Assembly (NCBI GenBank): GCA_035221665.1
Contig: CM069166.1
Span: forward strand, 9,486,001-9,550,000
Source: Okamejei kenojei
Taxonomy: Eukaryota
Direction: 5' to 3'
DNA: 64,000 bases
A program made the translations under genes and the position numbers. Shown in pieces: positions 50,672 to 62,810 of the stretch (the stretch's first letter is position 1; each line of letters opens with the position of its first letter). Below the pieces are notes generated by a model that was not told the origin of the DNA, did not search any database, and saw only the letters and a list, made by a program, of their open reading frames with translations.

Positions 50672-50869
50672 ATTTGTTTGACTGTAGTGAATCCTCCCCT
50701 TGACTGACCAAGGAAATTTTGGAAAGACACTGCTTGGGATGCGAGTTATCATCCAACGCCCCCAGAAATCCATTTTTCTCTTGCAATTCGGTTTCTCCAG
50801 AACTATGCCCAGATGGCAAGTCCAGCACCAGAGCAGACATTTCATCATCGTCCGGATCTATTATCACCA
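50672..50869 (-). CDS. WIZ: WIZ exon 2
   Basis: ttcag|TG GTG ATA...AAA T|gtaag; 198 nt, phase 1->1, open frame VIIDPDDDEMSALVLDLPS...; phase-compatible with both neighbours. Confidence 0.8.
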
Positions 50870-51654
50870 CTGAAATCAGAAATTATATTGAGTTATTTCA
50901 ATCGTTAAGATCCCCAAAGATCAAATATCTTTTGGTAGGCCCAGTGTACAAAAAGCAAGGATTAGAAAAGACTAAAATGAGGGTACAAGGCCACTTGGAA
51001 TTCCCCGTGCTCAAGAATAGTTTTGCTGGTAGAACATTTCCAGATCACTGTCACTCAAATTGTAATGATTGAGGTATCTGGACTGAGGTGTATTGAGTGA
51101 TTTAGTCAGTGACAACACTGCCTGTATTATGCTTGCAATATATTCACATTTAACACCATGCCCTGGTAACTGGACAGCAATTATGAAGTAAAACTGTTAA
51201 TTCCTCTATTCCTTGCCTCAACCTACATACCTAATGGAAGACTCCCCAAAAAAACGGTTAAAATCAATCAATTCAGCTCAGATCAATAAATTCAAAGAAC
51301 TTCTTATGTGGTTTGTACTACACCAAGTGATAAACTTCAGTCACAAGGTTAAAGGGAAGAGTTATAAATATTAAAGTTTTAAACAAAACAATTAACATTT
51401 ACAATTATTTGAGTTTATCAACTGAAGCAATTTACTGGGGTTACATCCCTATTTTACAATGGTCTGTTAGCTCGGCAACTATGAACATTGAAAATTTAGG
51501 GAGTTACAGACATGGGAAGAAGGACTGAGAGGGTGAGAAACATCTTACTCAAGAGTGATGTACCATCTTTGAGAATCTTTACCGTACAAAACTCTGGATA
51601 CACTGGTTGTTGAATAAGCTCCTCACTGAGATGTTGGATGTTGGATACACTGAG

Positions 51655-54227
51655 ATGTTGGGTGTTGTGTACAGGCCACCTAACAGTAGCAGTGAAGTTG
51701 GGGATGGTATCAAACAGGAAATTAGAAATGCGTGTGACAAAGGCAAAACAGTTATAATGGGTGACTTCAATCTACATATAGATTGGGTGATTCAAATTGG
51801 CAGGGGTGCTGAGGAAGAGGATTTTTTGGAATGTATGCGGGATAGTTATCCAAATCAACATGTAGAGGAACCAACGAGAGAGCAGGCTATTTTAGACTGG
51901 GTTTTGAGTAATGAGGAAGGGGTAGTTAGACGTCTTGTTGTAGGTGCTCCCTTGGGCAAGAGTGACCATAATATGGTTGAGTTCTTCATTAGGATGGAGA
52001 GTGACATTGTTAATTCAGAAACAATGGTTCTGAACTTAAAGAAAGGTAACTTTGAGGGTATGAGACGTGAATTGGCCAAGATTGACTGGCAATTAATTCT
52101 AAAAGGGTTGACGGTGGATATACAATGGAAGACATTTAAAGACTGCATGGATGAACTACAAAAATGGTTCATCCCAGTTTGGCAAAAGAATAAATCGGGG
52201 AAGGTAGTGCATCCGTGGATAACAAGGGAAATCAGGGATAGTATCAAAGCAAAGGGTGATGCGTACAAAGTAGCCAGAAAAAGCAGCATACCAGAGGACT
52301 GGGAGAAATTCAGAGACCAGCAGAGGAGGACAAAGGGCTTAATTAGGAAAGGAAAAATAGATTATGAAAGAAAACTGGCAGGGAACATAAAAACTGACTG
52401 CAAACGTTTTTATAGATACGTGAAGAGAAAGAGATTAGTTAAAACAAATGTAGTCAGAAACAGGTGAGTTGATCATGGGGAACAAGGATATGGCGGACCA
52501 ATTGAATAACTACTTTGGCTCCGTCTTCACTAAGGAAGACATAAATAATCTGCCGGAAATAGCAAGGGACCGCGGGTCAAAGGAGGAATTGAGTGAAATC
52601 CAGGTTAGTCGGGAAGTGGTGTTGGGTAAATTGAATAGATTAAAGGCCGATAAATCCCCAGGGCCAGATAGGCTGCATCCCAGATTACTTAAGGAAGTAG
52701 CTCAGGAAATAGTGGATGCATTAGTGGTACTCTTTCAAAACTCTTTAGATTCTGGAGTAGTTCCTGAGGATTGCCGGGTAGCAAAAGTAACCCCTCTTTT
52801 TAAGAAGGGAGGGAGAGAGAAAACGGGGAATTACAGACCAGTTAGTCTAACATCGGTAGTGGGGAAACTGCTAGAGTAGTTATTAAAGATGAGATAGCAG
52901 CACATTTGGAAAGTGGTGAAATCATTGGACAAAGTCAGCATGGATTTACGAAAGGTAAATCATGTCTGACGAATCTTGTGGATTTTTTCGAGAATGTAAC
53001 TAGTAGCGTGGATAAGGGAGAACCAGTGGATGTGGTATATCTGGACTTCCAGAAGGCTTTCGACAAGGACCCACATAAGAGATTAGTATGCAAACTTAAA
53101 GCATACGGCATTAGGGGTTCAGTATTGATGTGGATAGAGAACTGGCTGGCAAACAGGAAGCAAAGAGTAGGAGTAAACGGGTCCTTTTCACAATGGCAGG
53201 CAATGACTAGTGGCGTACCGCAGGGCTCAGTGCTGGGACCCCAGCTATTTACAATATATGTTAATGATCTGGATGAGAGAATTGAAGGCAATATCTCCAA
53301 GTTTGTGGATGACACTAAGCTGGGGGCAGTGTTAGCTGTGAGGAGAATGCTAGGAGTGCAAGGTGACTTGGATGGGCTGGGTGAGTGGGCAAATGTTTGG
53401 CAGATGCAGTATAATGTGGATAAATGTGAGGTTATCCACTTTTGGTGGCAAAAACAGGAAAGCAGACTATTTTTTAAATGGTGGTCGATTAGGAAAAGGG
53501 GAGATGCAGCAAGACCTGGGTGTCATGGTACACCAGTCATTGAAAGTAGGCATGCAGGTGCAGCAGGCAGTGAAGAAAGCGAATGGTATGTTAGCTTTCA
53601 TAGAAAAAGGATTTGAGTATAGGAGTAGGGAGGTTCTACTTCAGTTGTACAGGGTCTTGGTGAGACCACACCTGGAGTATTGCGTACAGTTTTGGTCTCC
53701 AAATCTGAGGAAGGACATTATTGCCATAGAGGGAGTGCAGAGAAGGTTCACCAGACTGATTCCTGGGATGTCAGGACTGTCTTATGAAGAAAGACTGGAT
53801 AGACTTGGTTTATACTCTCTAGAATTTAGGAGATTGAGAGGGGATCTTATAGAAACATAAAATTCTTAACGGGTTGGACAGGCTAGATGCAGGAAGATTG
53901 TTCCCGATATTGGGGAAGTCCAGGACAAGGGGACACGGCTTAAGGATAAGGGGGAAATCCTTTAAGACCGAGATGAGAAAGACTTTTTTCACACAGAGAG
54001 TGGTGAGTCTCTGGAACTCTCTGCCATAGAGGGTAGTTGAGGCCAGTTCATTGGCTATATTTAAGAGGGAGTTAGATGTGCCCCTTGTGGCTAAGGGGAT
54101 CAGAGGGTATGGGGAGAAGGCAGGTACGGGATACTGAGTTGGATGATCAGCCATGATCATATTGAATGGCGGTGCAGGCTCGAAGGGCCGAATGGCCTAC
54201 TCCTGCACCTAATTTCTATGTTTCTAT
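51655..54227 (+). mobile_element. 5'-truncated CR1-clade LINE (ORF2 endonuclease + reverse transcriptase, disrupted), antisense in WIZ intron 1
   Basis: APE motifs GVVYRPP, IMGDFN, LDWVL, SDHN; RT motifs YRPVSLTS, YLDFQKAFDK, SGVPQGSVLGP, FVDD; split across four ORFs by frameshifts/stop; ends in a TTCTATG repeat tail. Confidence 0.95.
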
Positions 54228-55227
54228 ACTGAAAGTATCAAGAGCTAAAAGTAGTCTGGGCAGATGGATTCTGGGGTTGTGGGCCAAGTACACAATTGTT
54301 AATTGAAAAGAAACATTCAGTTTACCTGTGACAAACTGTTACAGTAATACGGTAAACAGAAATTGAAAAATATCACTACAGAACATGCCAATTTTTCCTC
54401 CAGGTATTTACGAGATTCACCACCTTAACTCCCGCTCCATTGGAGAGGAACTGTACAGCTAACACAAGTTGTGTGACTAACCTTCTGAGGGTTAAGCATG
54501 TCTGTGCTATCTGATTACTCCAGTGTTAGATTCAGCCATATGTTCAAAACTCCCCACTGACGGCTGATATTTTTGTTAAGCACTACAAAATGAATCCAAG
54601 CTGTCCAAATTGGCCAGCATGCAGAAATAAACTAGAATTGGCTGTCATCAACTGGTTTCTGCACCCGTGTTTGTTTAGTCATGCAATTCTGTGTGGTGGT
54701 GAAGCCCCTGCGCCAACATAAAAGACTTGAACTCAATCAGCAAAAGCCAGGAAAACCCTGACAGTAGCATTAATTTCATTGGGATTGACAGGGATTTGCA
54801 CCATCCGCACATTCATTAGAAGAATGTTATTTATATTCCTAGAAGTGAAAATGACTCAACTTGGATTTCTGACATTTTCCATTTTTATTCATAATTCTGA
54901 ACATTAAGACCCTAAAATTATCTTACAATTTCTCATAACTATATTCTGTGACTGTAAATCACATTTCTAATCCTACAGGTTGTCAAACGGTATTCAACAA
55001 TTTCACTCTTGGCCATTGTTTTCGAGCAGGAGAGGGATATTGTGCCTCAAGCATTCACCTTAGAAACAACAACCAATATTCCTGTAAATCATATTCTATG
55101 TTGCTGAATTATCGTGCTTTGCATGTAGCTCATAAGGTCTAAAATTGCCAGAAAGAGCATTAAATCTGCCAAATAAATATGATTTAATTGTGGAGCCTCG
55201 CCGTTTGCAACAATTTGACCTGCAGCT

Positions 55228-55510
55228 TTTAGTTTAGTTTATTAGTTTAGTTCACGAATCCACATCGACCAGCGACCTTCGCACATTAACACTACATGCA
55301 TTCAGGACAATTTAACATTTTTATACCAAGCCAATTAACCTACACACCTGTATGTCTTTGGAGTGTGGGAGGAAATCGAAGATCTCTGAGAAAACCCACG
55401 CAGGTCACGGGGAGAATGTATAAATTCCATACAGACAAGCACCCATAGTCAGGATCGAACCTGGGTCCCTGGCGCTGTACGGCAGTAGCTCTGCTACGCC
55501 ACCGTGCCGC
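55228..55510 (-). mobile_element. HE1/V-SINE-like SINE
   Basis: Reverse-complement head, core and (TTTAG)n tail. Confidence 0.8.
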
Positions 55511-56194
55511 ATGGCACCTCATGCACCTTACGCCACAAATTCTTCAATAAATTGTACAGAGATAACAAAGCTAGAAAGTATGCTAACATGTAACCAGCAG
55601 GGTCAAAAGTAAGACTTTTAGTATCACTGAACAATGTAAAAATCAAACACCCTTATCACTCTTCGTAGCTTCCAACTGTTTCCTTAAATCATAAATGCAA
55701 TGCAAAATATTTTTTCAACTTAAAACCACTGATTAGTACATTTGTTGTACATTGTACACAAGTCCCGAAATTGGTTGTACATTTTACACGTACATTGATG
55801 GAGGTTTCCACGCCCGGGGAGTTTTGCAGCGTAATTCCCAATAATTAAAATTCACTTAAGGATGACAATCATCCTTAACCCGACAAAGATTTTTTTCAAG
55901 CATTCCCTCGCATTCTTTTTAAGGTAGTTCCTGAAGCCATCATATCAGTTCCCTCCACTCTAGATGTGGTGCAACAAGCTGCCTGGTCCATCGCCACTAC
56001 TGAAATTGTGTTATCATTTTACTGTAAGCCCTGCTGTAGTTACATATCATCAATTTTAGTTTTGTGCAACTCTGTGTTTACAGAGGATTATTAGTGCATA
56101 AATACAAAAGTTAAAAGAAACCTGATTAAAAAAATTGATCATAAACGCTCCCCACCTTCCTTTGCATTAAACACTGTGCTCTTATTGAATGATT

Positions 56195-56270
56195 ATCATA
56201 TTGAATGGCGGTGCAGGCTCGAAGGGCTGAATGGCCTACTCCTGCACCTAATTTCTAATTTCTATGTTTC
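56195..56270 (+). mobile_element. Short CR1 3' tail
   Basis: ATCATATTGAATGGCGGTGCAGGCTCGAAGGG...TTCTATGTTTCT, near-identical to 54156-54227. Confidence 0.8.
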
Positions 56271-56654
56271 TCTTACGAATTACAGCAATTGACCATTAAA
56301 CCTCACAAATAATCCCATAAAACTCAATACCAGGTCAAAAGCAATTTTCTCTATGACAGGTGGCACAAATATTTTGCCCTTAAATATTTACTGAATGTTA
56401 TTCAAATAAAACTCAGAAATGTAATTTTACAAATGTGACCATGGTACAAAAAAATGATTGCTTCTTCATATTTCAATGAAAACCATCATGACACTGCCCG
56501 ACCCAAAACAGCTTAAGAACAATTTAGCAGAACAGCTGAATATACTGCTGGTATTCTAGCAAGAAATGTTACTGAATTAATTGCTGAAAAATGTGAATAT
56601 TCACTTCCACTCTAAAAGTATTTTGAAGCAACGTCTAAATATAATTTGAATGTA

Positions 56655-56962
56655 GTATAGTGTAGTTTAAAGATACAGCGTGGAAACAGGCACTTCGGCC
56701 CACCGTGTCCATGCAGATCAGCAATCCCTGCACATTAACACCACCCTACACACTAAGGAAAATTTACAATTATTCCAAGCCAATTAACCTACAAACATGT
56801 ACGTCTTTGTAGTGTGGCAGGAAAACGGAGATACCGGAGAAAATCCACGCAGGCCACAGGGAGAACGTACAAACTCCGTGCAGACAGCACTGATAGTCAG
56901 GATTGATCGCAGGTTTCTGGTGCTGTAAGGCAACAACTCTACCGCTGTGCCACCATACCACC
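56655..56962 (-). mobile_element. HE1/V-SINE-like SINE, near full length
   Basis: Same family motifs on the minus strand. Confidence 0.85.
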
Positions 56963-57253
56963 CCATTTTTGAGTGATAAAAAAACTGAATGGCTCTTTGC
57001 CCTACATTGCACTCTGAGTGACCTCAAAAAAAAAATAACAGCATTTCCTCTCTGACTCAGAGTGCAATTTAAAGGGACATTTCTGTAAACAAGCCACACT
57101 ACAGTTTTGCAAATGAGACAAAAATCTAACACATCTTGAAGAACTGGCTTGAGGATAACTTCCTCAAGCCAGTTCTGAATCCTGACAGTCTGATTAAAAT
57201 AACTTTCTGTATATAAACCTTTAAAGGGAACAGGACAAAACAAATGTTGAAGT

Positions 57254-57735
57254 TAGGTAGACACAAAAAGCTGGAGTAACTCAGCATCTCTGGAGAGAAA
57301 GAACTGAGATGCTGCCTGTCCCGCTGAGTTACTCCAGCATTTTGTGTCTACCTTCGATTTAAACCAGCATCTGCAGTTCTTTCCTAGAAATGTTGAAGTA
57401 AATTGAATTGTGTTGTCAATATTTCCTGTCAGGAAAGCTTCTGTGAAGAAGATTTTAGACAGTTGTGTAGGAAAGAACTGCGGATGCTGGTTAATAAACC
57501 GAAGATAGACAAAGATCTGGAGTAGACACAAAATGCTGGAATAACTCAGCATCTCTGGAGGGAAGGAATGGGTGATGTTTCGGGTCGAGACCCTTCTTCA
57601 GACCGAAAGTCAGGGGGAAAGGAAACAAAATATGGCAGTCTGAAGTAGGTCGACCCGAACGCTACCTATTCCCCTTCTCCAGAGATGAGGCCTGACCCGC
57701 TGAGATACTCCAGCCTTTTCTGTCTATCTTCTGTC
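57254..57735. mobile_element. Two adjacent Penelope terminal-repeat elements (57254-57387 with 12-bp TSD; about 57465-57735 with - strand hammerhead core 57574-57601)
   Basis: AAATGTTGAAGT at 57242-57253 and 57388-57399; inverted arms read directly. Confidence 0.8.
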
Positions 57736-57889
57736 TATGATGTTGGACAGTTAATAGCTTGTAAAACCTATATAGCCCAGCAACCATTGAATGTACATAT
57801 GAAACTGAAACTGTTTATGTGTATTAAATGTTGATGCCAGTTGCCTAGTTTATGAATGTAATAAACTAGGCAACAGAACACTATAACAA

Positions 57890-58200
57890 TGGACCTTTCT
57901 GTCCTGGGCCTCCTCCATGGCCAGAGTGAGTACCACCACAAATTGGAGGAGCAGCACCTCATATTTCCCTTGGGTAGTTTGCACCCCAGCGGTATGAACA
58001 TTGACGTCTCCAATTTCAGGTAGTCCTTGCTTTCTCCCTCCTTCCCCTCCCAGCTCTCCCACAGCCTCTTCCTTTCTTCTTCCTGCCCCCCCCTCCACAT
58101 CGGTCTGTTAGAAGGGTCTCGACCCGAAACGTCACCTATTCCTTCGCTCCATAGATGCTGTCTCACCCGCTGATTTTGCTCCAGCATTTTTGTCTACTAT
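57890..58200 (+). mobile_element. Penelope-like element 3' end: endonuclease C-terminus + terminal repeat with degenerate hammerhead
   Basis: DLSVLGLLHGQSEYHHKLEEQHLIFPLGSLHPSGMNIDVSNFR*, then a pyrimidine tract, then CTGTTAGAAGGGTCTCGACCCGAAACGTC (58105-58133). Confidence 0.85.
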
Positions 58201-60504
58201 AAAAATGGAAACCCTTCACAGGAGTTAACTTTTCAGGAAGTTGTGACAGAAATATTATTCACATTCAAACTAAATAGGTGATTGAAGTGGAAAGTCAGTG
58301 ATAGGAAAATCACGTGGACGATGTGATTAATTGCTGACAAGAACAGATTGGACCAAATTACTATTTCCCCATTTAATTTGGTCACACTGCAGGCGAGTTC
58401 TGCAGTTGCAACTATGCGGGAAATTTTAACTGCTTTGTTCTTTCCATTAAAACTCATTTGACACAGCTCTCTGACCTATCATCGACTGTAATCAGTCTGC
58501 TTCTATCTCACTTTTCCAGAAAATTAAAACTCCAATTCAATAGTCTTTGATACTGGCAATAAACAAAAACCATTTCCAAAATTTTGTGCAGGTATCCTTA
58601 AAAGGAAAGACAACTTAGTCTAGAAGCCACATTTGAAAGTTATGCTCTGAAACCAAAGTAAGTTTTCTTAAAGAATTATATGGCAAAAGCTACACTTAAG
58701 AAAATGGTTCATATTCCTTTTTGTACATAAATAAAACCTAACATCCTACCAATGAAGAGAAGCTCACAGAAAGATAGATTTAAAAGCATGTTTAAGCTAA
58801 AGGAGAAAAATAACCAAATTTACTGCAACCTCATTCGTACAACTTTTGCACCAACTACCTTCCAATAATAAGGCTAATTAAAATAAAAGGGCTCGCAATT
58901 ATTCAAGATTCAGCCTTTCACATACCCTCTTGGTGTACAAAATTAAACTTGCCCAAACTTTCATCTCCGCTATCATGTTCTACTCACCAATTACTCTCTC
59001 TGATTTTTACTGGCTTCCTATCCCTTCTTGATTACATTTACTGGTCTTGCTTTATTGGGTTGCAGGACGACCAAAATGGAGGCGAAGGCAGCAACGAGCC
59101 AGTGTTACCAGCTGCAGATGGGACTGTAAAATGGCGCCAAAATTGCACCAATTGGGGGACTGGGGGGTGGTGAGGATGGGTGATATGGGTGGGTGGGTGA
59201 CTGGCAGATAGGGGGAGTAAGTGACAAAGGCTAGTGAAAAGGAGACAGACAAGCAGAGAAATGGAGCAAACTGTAAAGTCGGAAGGGGGGTGGATATGGG
59301 TAGGAGGACATAAAGACGAAGGGAAAGAGGGGATAAAAGAAATATGGGATTAAGAGACTCAAGGAATTGCAGATGCTGGAATCTTGAATAAAACAAAGTA
59401 CGGGATCCTTCTTCAGACTAGGATTGGAAAGAAGCGTAAAAGAAGCAGGGTACCTGGGATGATGAGAAATAGTGGTAGGAGGAACTATTCAATGTGTTCT
59501 GTGTTCATCCATCCCACTATGCTTGACACTTCATTCAGGAAAGCTGCTATCATCAGTTAGAAGCTGACTGGAAGTGCAGAATCAATAATGTGTACACAAA
59601 ACACATTCCTCTTCCTTGACCTTTCCTGCTGAAGCTTCAAATACATCGAGTATATCTTAAGTGCAAAAAACTCTCAAATTCGTCTCCTCTCCTATTGACA
59701 GCAAATTTCATTAAAAAAAAAATCAGGAATATAATCTGGGGATTTTACAATAGCATATTTTCAATTGAGTAATTTCAGTTTTGTGAATCAATAACAAATT
59801 AGTTTACACCTAACTTCAAGATCATTACATACTGCCTGTAGAAGGCGTGTTTTATTAACCAGTACAGTGCTAACGTGATTTTTTTTAAAAGCTACATTTT
59901 TACCACCTAGTTTTGCAAACAACGATTTCAGTTTCCAGGCTGTACAAACCCTGTTCCTCCAGCACTTTGTGTTTCACTGCACATTATTGATTATGAAAAC
60001 TAATAAACTCAAAATGCAAGACAAGCGACTACGAGAAATTGTTTATTGTGAAATCGAAATTTTTCGTTAAAGAGGAAAAACATTCTGGATATGTAAACAG
60101 AGGCAACTGTAGCTGCTAGTTTACCAACTGAATAAAAACAAAATGCTGGAGTATCTCAGCATCTCTGGAGCGACGTTTTGGATCGGGACACTCCTTCAGG
60201 GATGTTACCATAATAATGCCCTCTCACCCCAACCATACCCAATTAGTCTGAATGGTTTCGGTGTCGTCGTTCTCCCCCCCACCGTAACGTCGGTTATCCA
60301 TTCCCTCCACGTATGCAGCCTGACCAACTGATTTATTCCAATACTTTGTGTCTGTTTTAATTTTTTTCTGTGGGTTGATTGCATTTTTATGATTTTCAAT
60401 GAGTGCATTTGTATTCTGGAAATTAAATAATTAACAGGAGCGAACAAATTGCGATGGCGAAGTCCTGACTTGGGACTTCGGGGTCCCGAGGAATAGGTGA
60501 CCGG

Positions 60505-60900
60505 GGCCAGGATAAAGGGGTGAGGGGCGAGGAAGGGGTGAAGAAGGGGAGGGGGCGAGGGCGAGGAAGGGGTGATCGGGGAAGGGGATCGGGGCGAGAG
60601 GGGTTCGGGGAAGGGGTGAGAGGAGCGAGGAAGGGGGTGAGGGGCGAGGAAGGGGTGAGAGGGGGAAGGGGTGAGAGGGGGAAGGGGTGATCGGGGAATG
60701 GGCGAGGAAGGGGTGAGGGGGCGAAGAAGGGGTGATCGGGGAAGGGGTGTGAGGGGCGAGGAAGGGGTGAGAGGGGGAAGGGGTGATCGGGGAAGGGGGC
60801 GAGGTAGGGGTGATCGGGGTTCGGGGGCGAATAAGGGGTGATCGGGGTTTCGGGAAAGGGTGATCGAGGCCCGAGGAATGGGTGATCGGGGTTCGGGGAA
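60505..60900. repeat. G-rich minisatellite (units such as GAGGGGCGAGGAAGGGGT / GATCGGGGAAGGGGT) at the start of WIZ intron 1
   Basis: About 20 degenerate 15-18 nt units with GGGG runs visible directly. Confidence 0.85.
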
Positions 60901-61221
60901 ATCGGGCGCCCAGGCCTTGGTGCAAAGGGACGCCTGGAATAACGGCAACTGCTCCGGGTTGTTATGCCGAGGCTGAAGGCGGGTTCTGCCTCCTCCGGGG
61001 GAAGACGGAGGGGTCATTACGACTCGGGGGCGCTACAGGCGCCCGGGCCGGACTCTGGCCGTCACCCCGGCAACCGCCCCCCGTCTCTCCGGCCCTCAAC
61101 CGCCACCAGGCCTTGGTCTGTGTGCGTTAGTGTGAGGGGGGGGGGGGGGAAGATCTCTCTCCCTCCCCCACCACCTCCCACGGCTCTCTCCCTCCGCACA
61201 AACCTCCCCCCGCTTGCTTAC

Positions 61222-61312
61222 CGTCGCCTCCGCCGCTCGGCTCCTTCATTTTGGGGCAGTCGCGGGGCTCGGCCTTTGTCAGGTTCTCCGGGCTGGCGGC
61301 GGCGGCGGCCAT
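61222..61312 (-). CDS. WIZ: WIZ exon 1 (short-isoform-type first coding exon)
   Basis: aagATGG Kozak context in a CpG island; MAAAAASPENLTKAEPRDCPKMKEPSGGGD, G|gtaagc donor, phase 1. Joining all 10 exons gives an uninterrupted 3351-nt frame. Confidence 0.8.
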
Positions 61313-61465
61313 CTTAGGAGAGGGAGAACGCGCGGCCGGCCAGGCGGGGGCGAGCGCCGCGCACTCGATGGGGAGGAGCGGGCGGCGGGGAGAGCCATCC
61401 AGCCCCGAGCACCCGATCGCCGACCGCCGATCACCCAAGTGACGTCATCGCCAATTCCCATGAGT

Positions 61466-62045
61466 AGTGTTAAAGAAGGAACTGCAGATGCTGGAAAATC
61501 GAGGGTTTACACAAAATGCTGGAGAAACTCAGCGGGTGCAGCATCATCATCTATGGAGCGAAGGAGATAGGCAACGTTTCGGGCCGAAACCCTTCTTCAG
61601 AGTAGTGTATGGAGGAACTGCAGATGCTGGTTTAAACCGTAGACAGACACAAAATGCTGGAGTAACTCAGCGGCACAGGCAGCATCTGAAAAAGGGTCTT
61701 GACCCGAAACGTCACCCATTCCTTCTCTCCAGAGATGCTGCCTATCCCGCTGAGTTACTCCAGCTTTTTGTGTCCATCTCCCAACAACACGAGTACGTTT
61801 GAAGAGTCTGAAGAAGGGTCTCGTCCCGAAACATCGGCCATTCCTTCTCTCCAGAGATGCTGCTTGACCCACTGAGTTACTCCAGCTTTTTGTGTCCATC
61901 ATGAGTATGTGTAGTTTAGGAAGGAACTGTAGATGCTGGTTTAAACCGAAGATAGACACAAGAAGCTGGAGTTATTCAGTGGGTCGGGCAGCATTTCTGG
62001 AGAAGAAGAATAGGTGACGTATCGGGTCGAGTCCCTTCTTCAGGC
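61466..62045. mobile_element. Cluster of about 5 Penelope terminal-repeat units in mixed orientation immediately upstream of the WIZ promoter
   Basis: Repeated GGAACTGCAGATGCTGG and GAGTTACTCCAGC units; hammerhead-like cores at 61573-61600(-), 61686-61713(+), 61808-61835(+), 62016-62043(-). Confidence 0.85.
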
Positions 62046-62089
62046 AGATACTCTGAAGCTGGCATACTGATAGTCTGATAGCTAGTATG

Positions 62090-62393
62090 TTTAGTTTAAT
62101 TTGGTTTAGAGATACACTGCAGAAACAGGCCCACCAAGTCTGACTGACTAGCGATCCCTGCAAATTAACACAACCCTACCCAAACCTGGGACAATCTTTT
62201 ATATTTACACCAAGCCAATTAACCTACAAACGTGCACATCTTAACCTACAAAACAAATATCTCAGAGAAAAACCCATGCAGGTCATGGGGAGAACGTACA
62301 ATCTCTATACAGACATGTATCTGTAGTCCGGGTCTAACCTGGGTCTCTGGCGCTGTAAGGCAGTAGCTCTACTGCTACGCCACCATACCGCCC
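62090..62393 (-). mobile_element. HE1/V-SINE-like SINE
   Basis: Same family motifs on the minus strand. Confidence 0.8.
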
Positions 62394-62404
62394 ATATGTA
62401 TGTA

Positions 62405-62810
62405 TAGGAAGGTAGACCCAAAATCCTGGAGTAACTCAGCGGAACAGGCAACATCTCCGGAAGGAAGGAATGCGTGACGTTTCAGGTCAAGACCCTTCTT
62501 CATACTGAGAGTCTGAAGACTATCGGAAGGAACTGCAGGTGCTGGTTTAAACCGTGGACAGACACAAAAAGGGGGTGGGAGATTGCAACCTTCACGTGGT
62601 CCGCCCTGTTTTGAAGAATGCAATCAACCTGCCGTGCACAATCAAATAAGATCAAATAGAACAAGTTGTCCTACAACTTTAGGTTGTGCACGCCATACGC
62701 AAGAAGAAGAAGACACAAAAAGCTGGAGTAACTCAGCAGGTCAGGCAGCATCTCTGAAGAAAAGGAGTAGGTGATGTTTCGGGATGAGACCCTTCTTGTG
62801 TCTATCTTTC
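62405..62810 (-). mobile_element. Further Penelope terminal-repeat units, one interrupted by a 139-bp insertion
   Basis: Same arm sequence; see finding at 62560-62722. Confidence 0.75.

Larger units (their letters stand above)
60450..61460 (-). promoter_or_regulatory. CpG island / WIZ promoter with palindromic CRE (TGACGTCA 61440-61447), CCAAT (61451-61455) and YY1-type AAGATGGCCGCC over the start codon
   Basis: Longest GC- and CpG-rich stretch of the window; surrounds exon 1; motifs read directly. Confidence 0.75.

Noticed and set aside
51607-53860. Active or domesticated LINE ORF2
   Set aside because: 5'-truncated, multiple frameshifts and a stop, FADD changed to FVDD.
60205-61017. 270-aa Pro/Ser-rich ORF and overlapping GC-rich ORFs
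   Set aside because: Translation of the G-rich minisatellite and CpG island; low complexity, no domain, lies in WIZ intron 1.
13910-61312. Calling the zinc-finger gene ZNF644
   Set aside because: Five repeated RK(G/A)L(S/A)SH fingers, the GPLSIQEEWVRHLQRHIL terminus and the AKAP8L-like neighbour fit WIZ better.
61466-62810. CRISPR-like repeat-spacer array
   Set aside because: Vertebrate context, mixed orientation, irregular spacing, and the units are retroelement termini.
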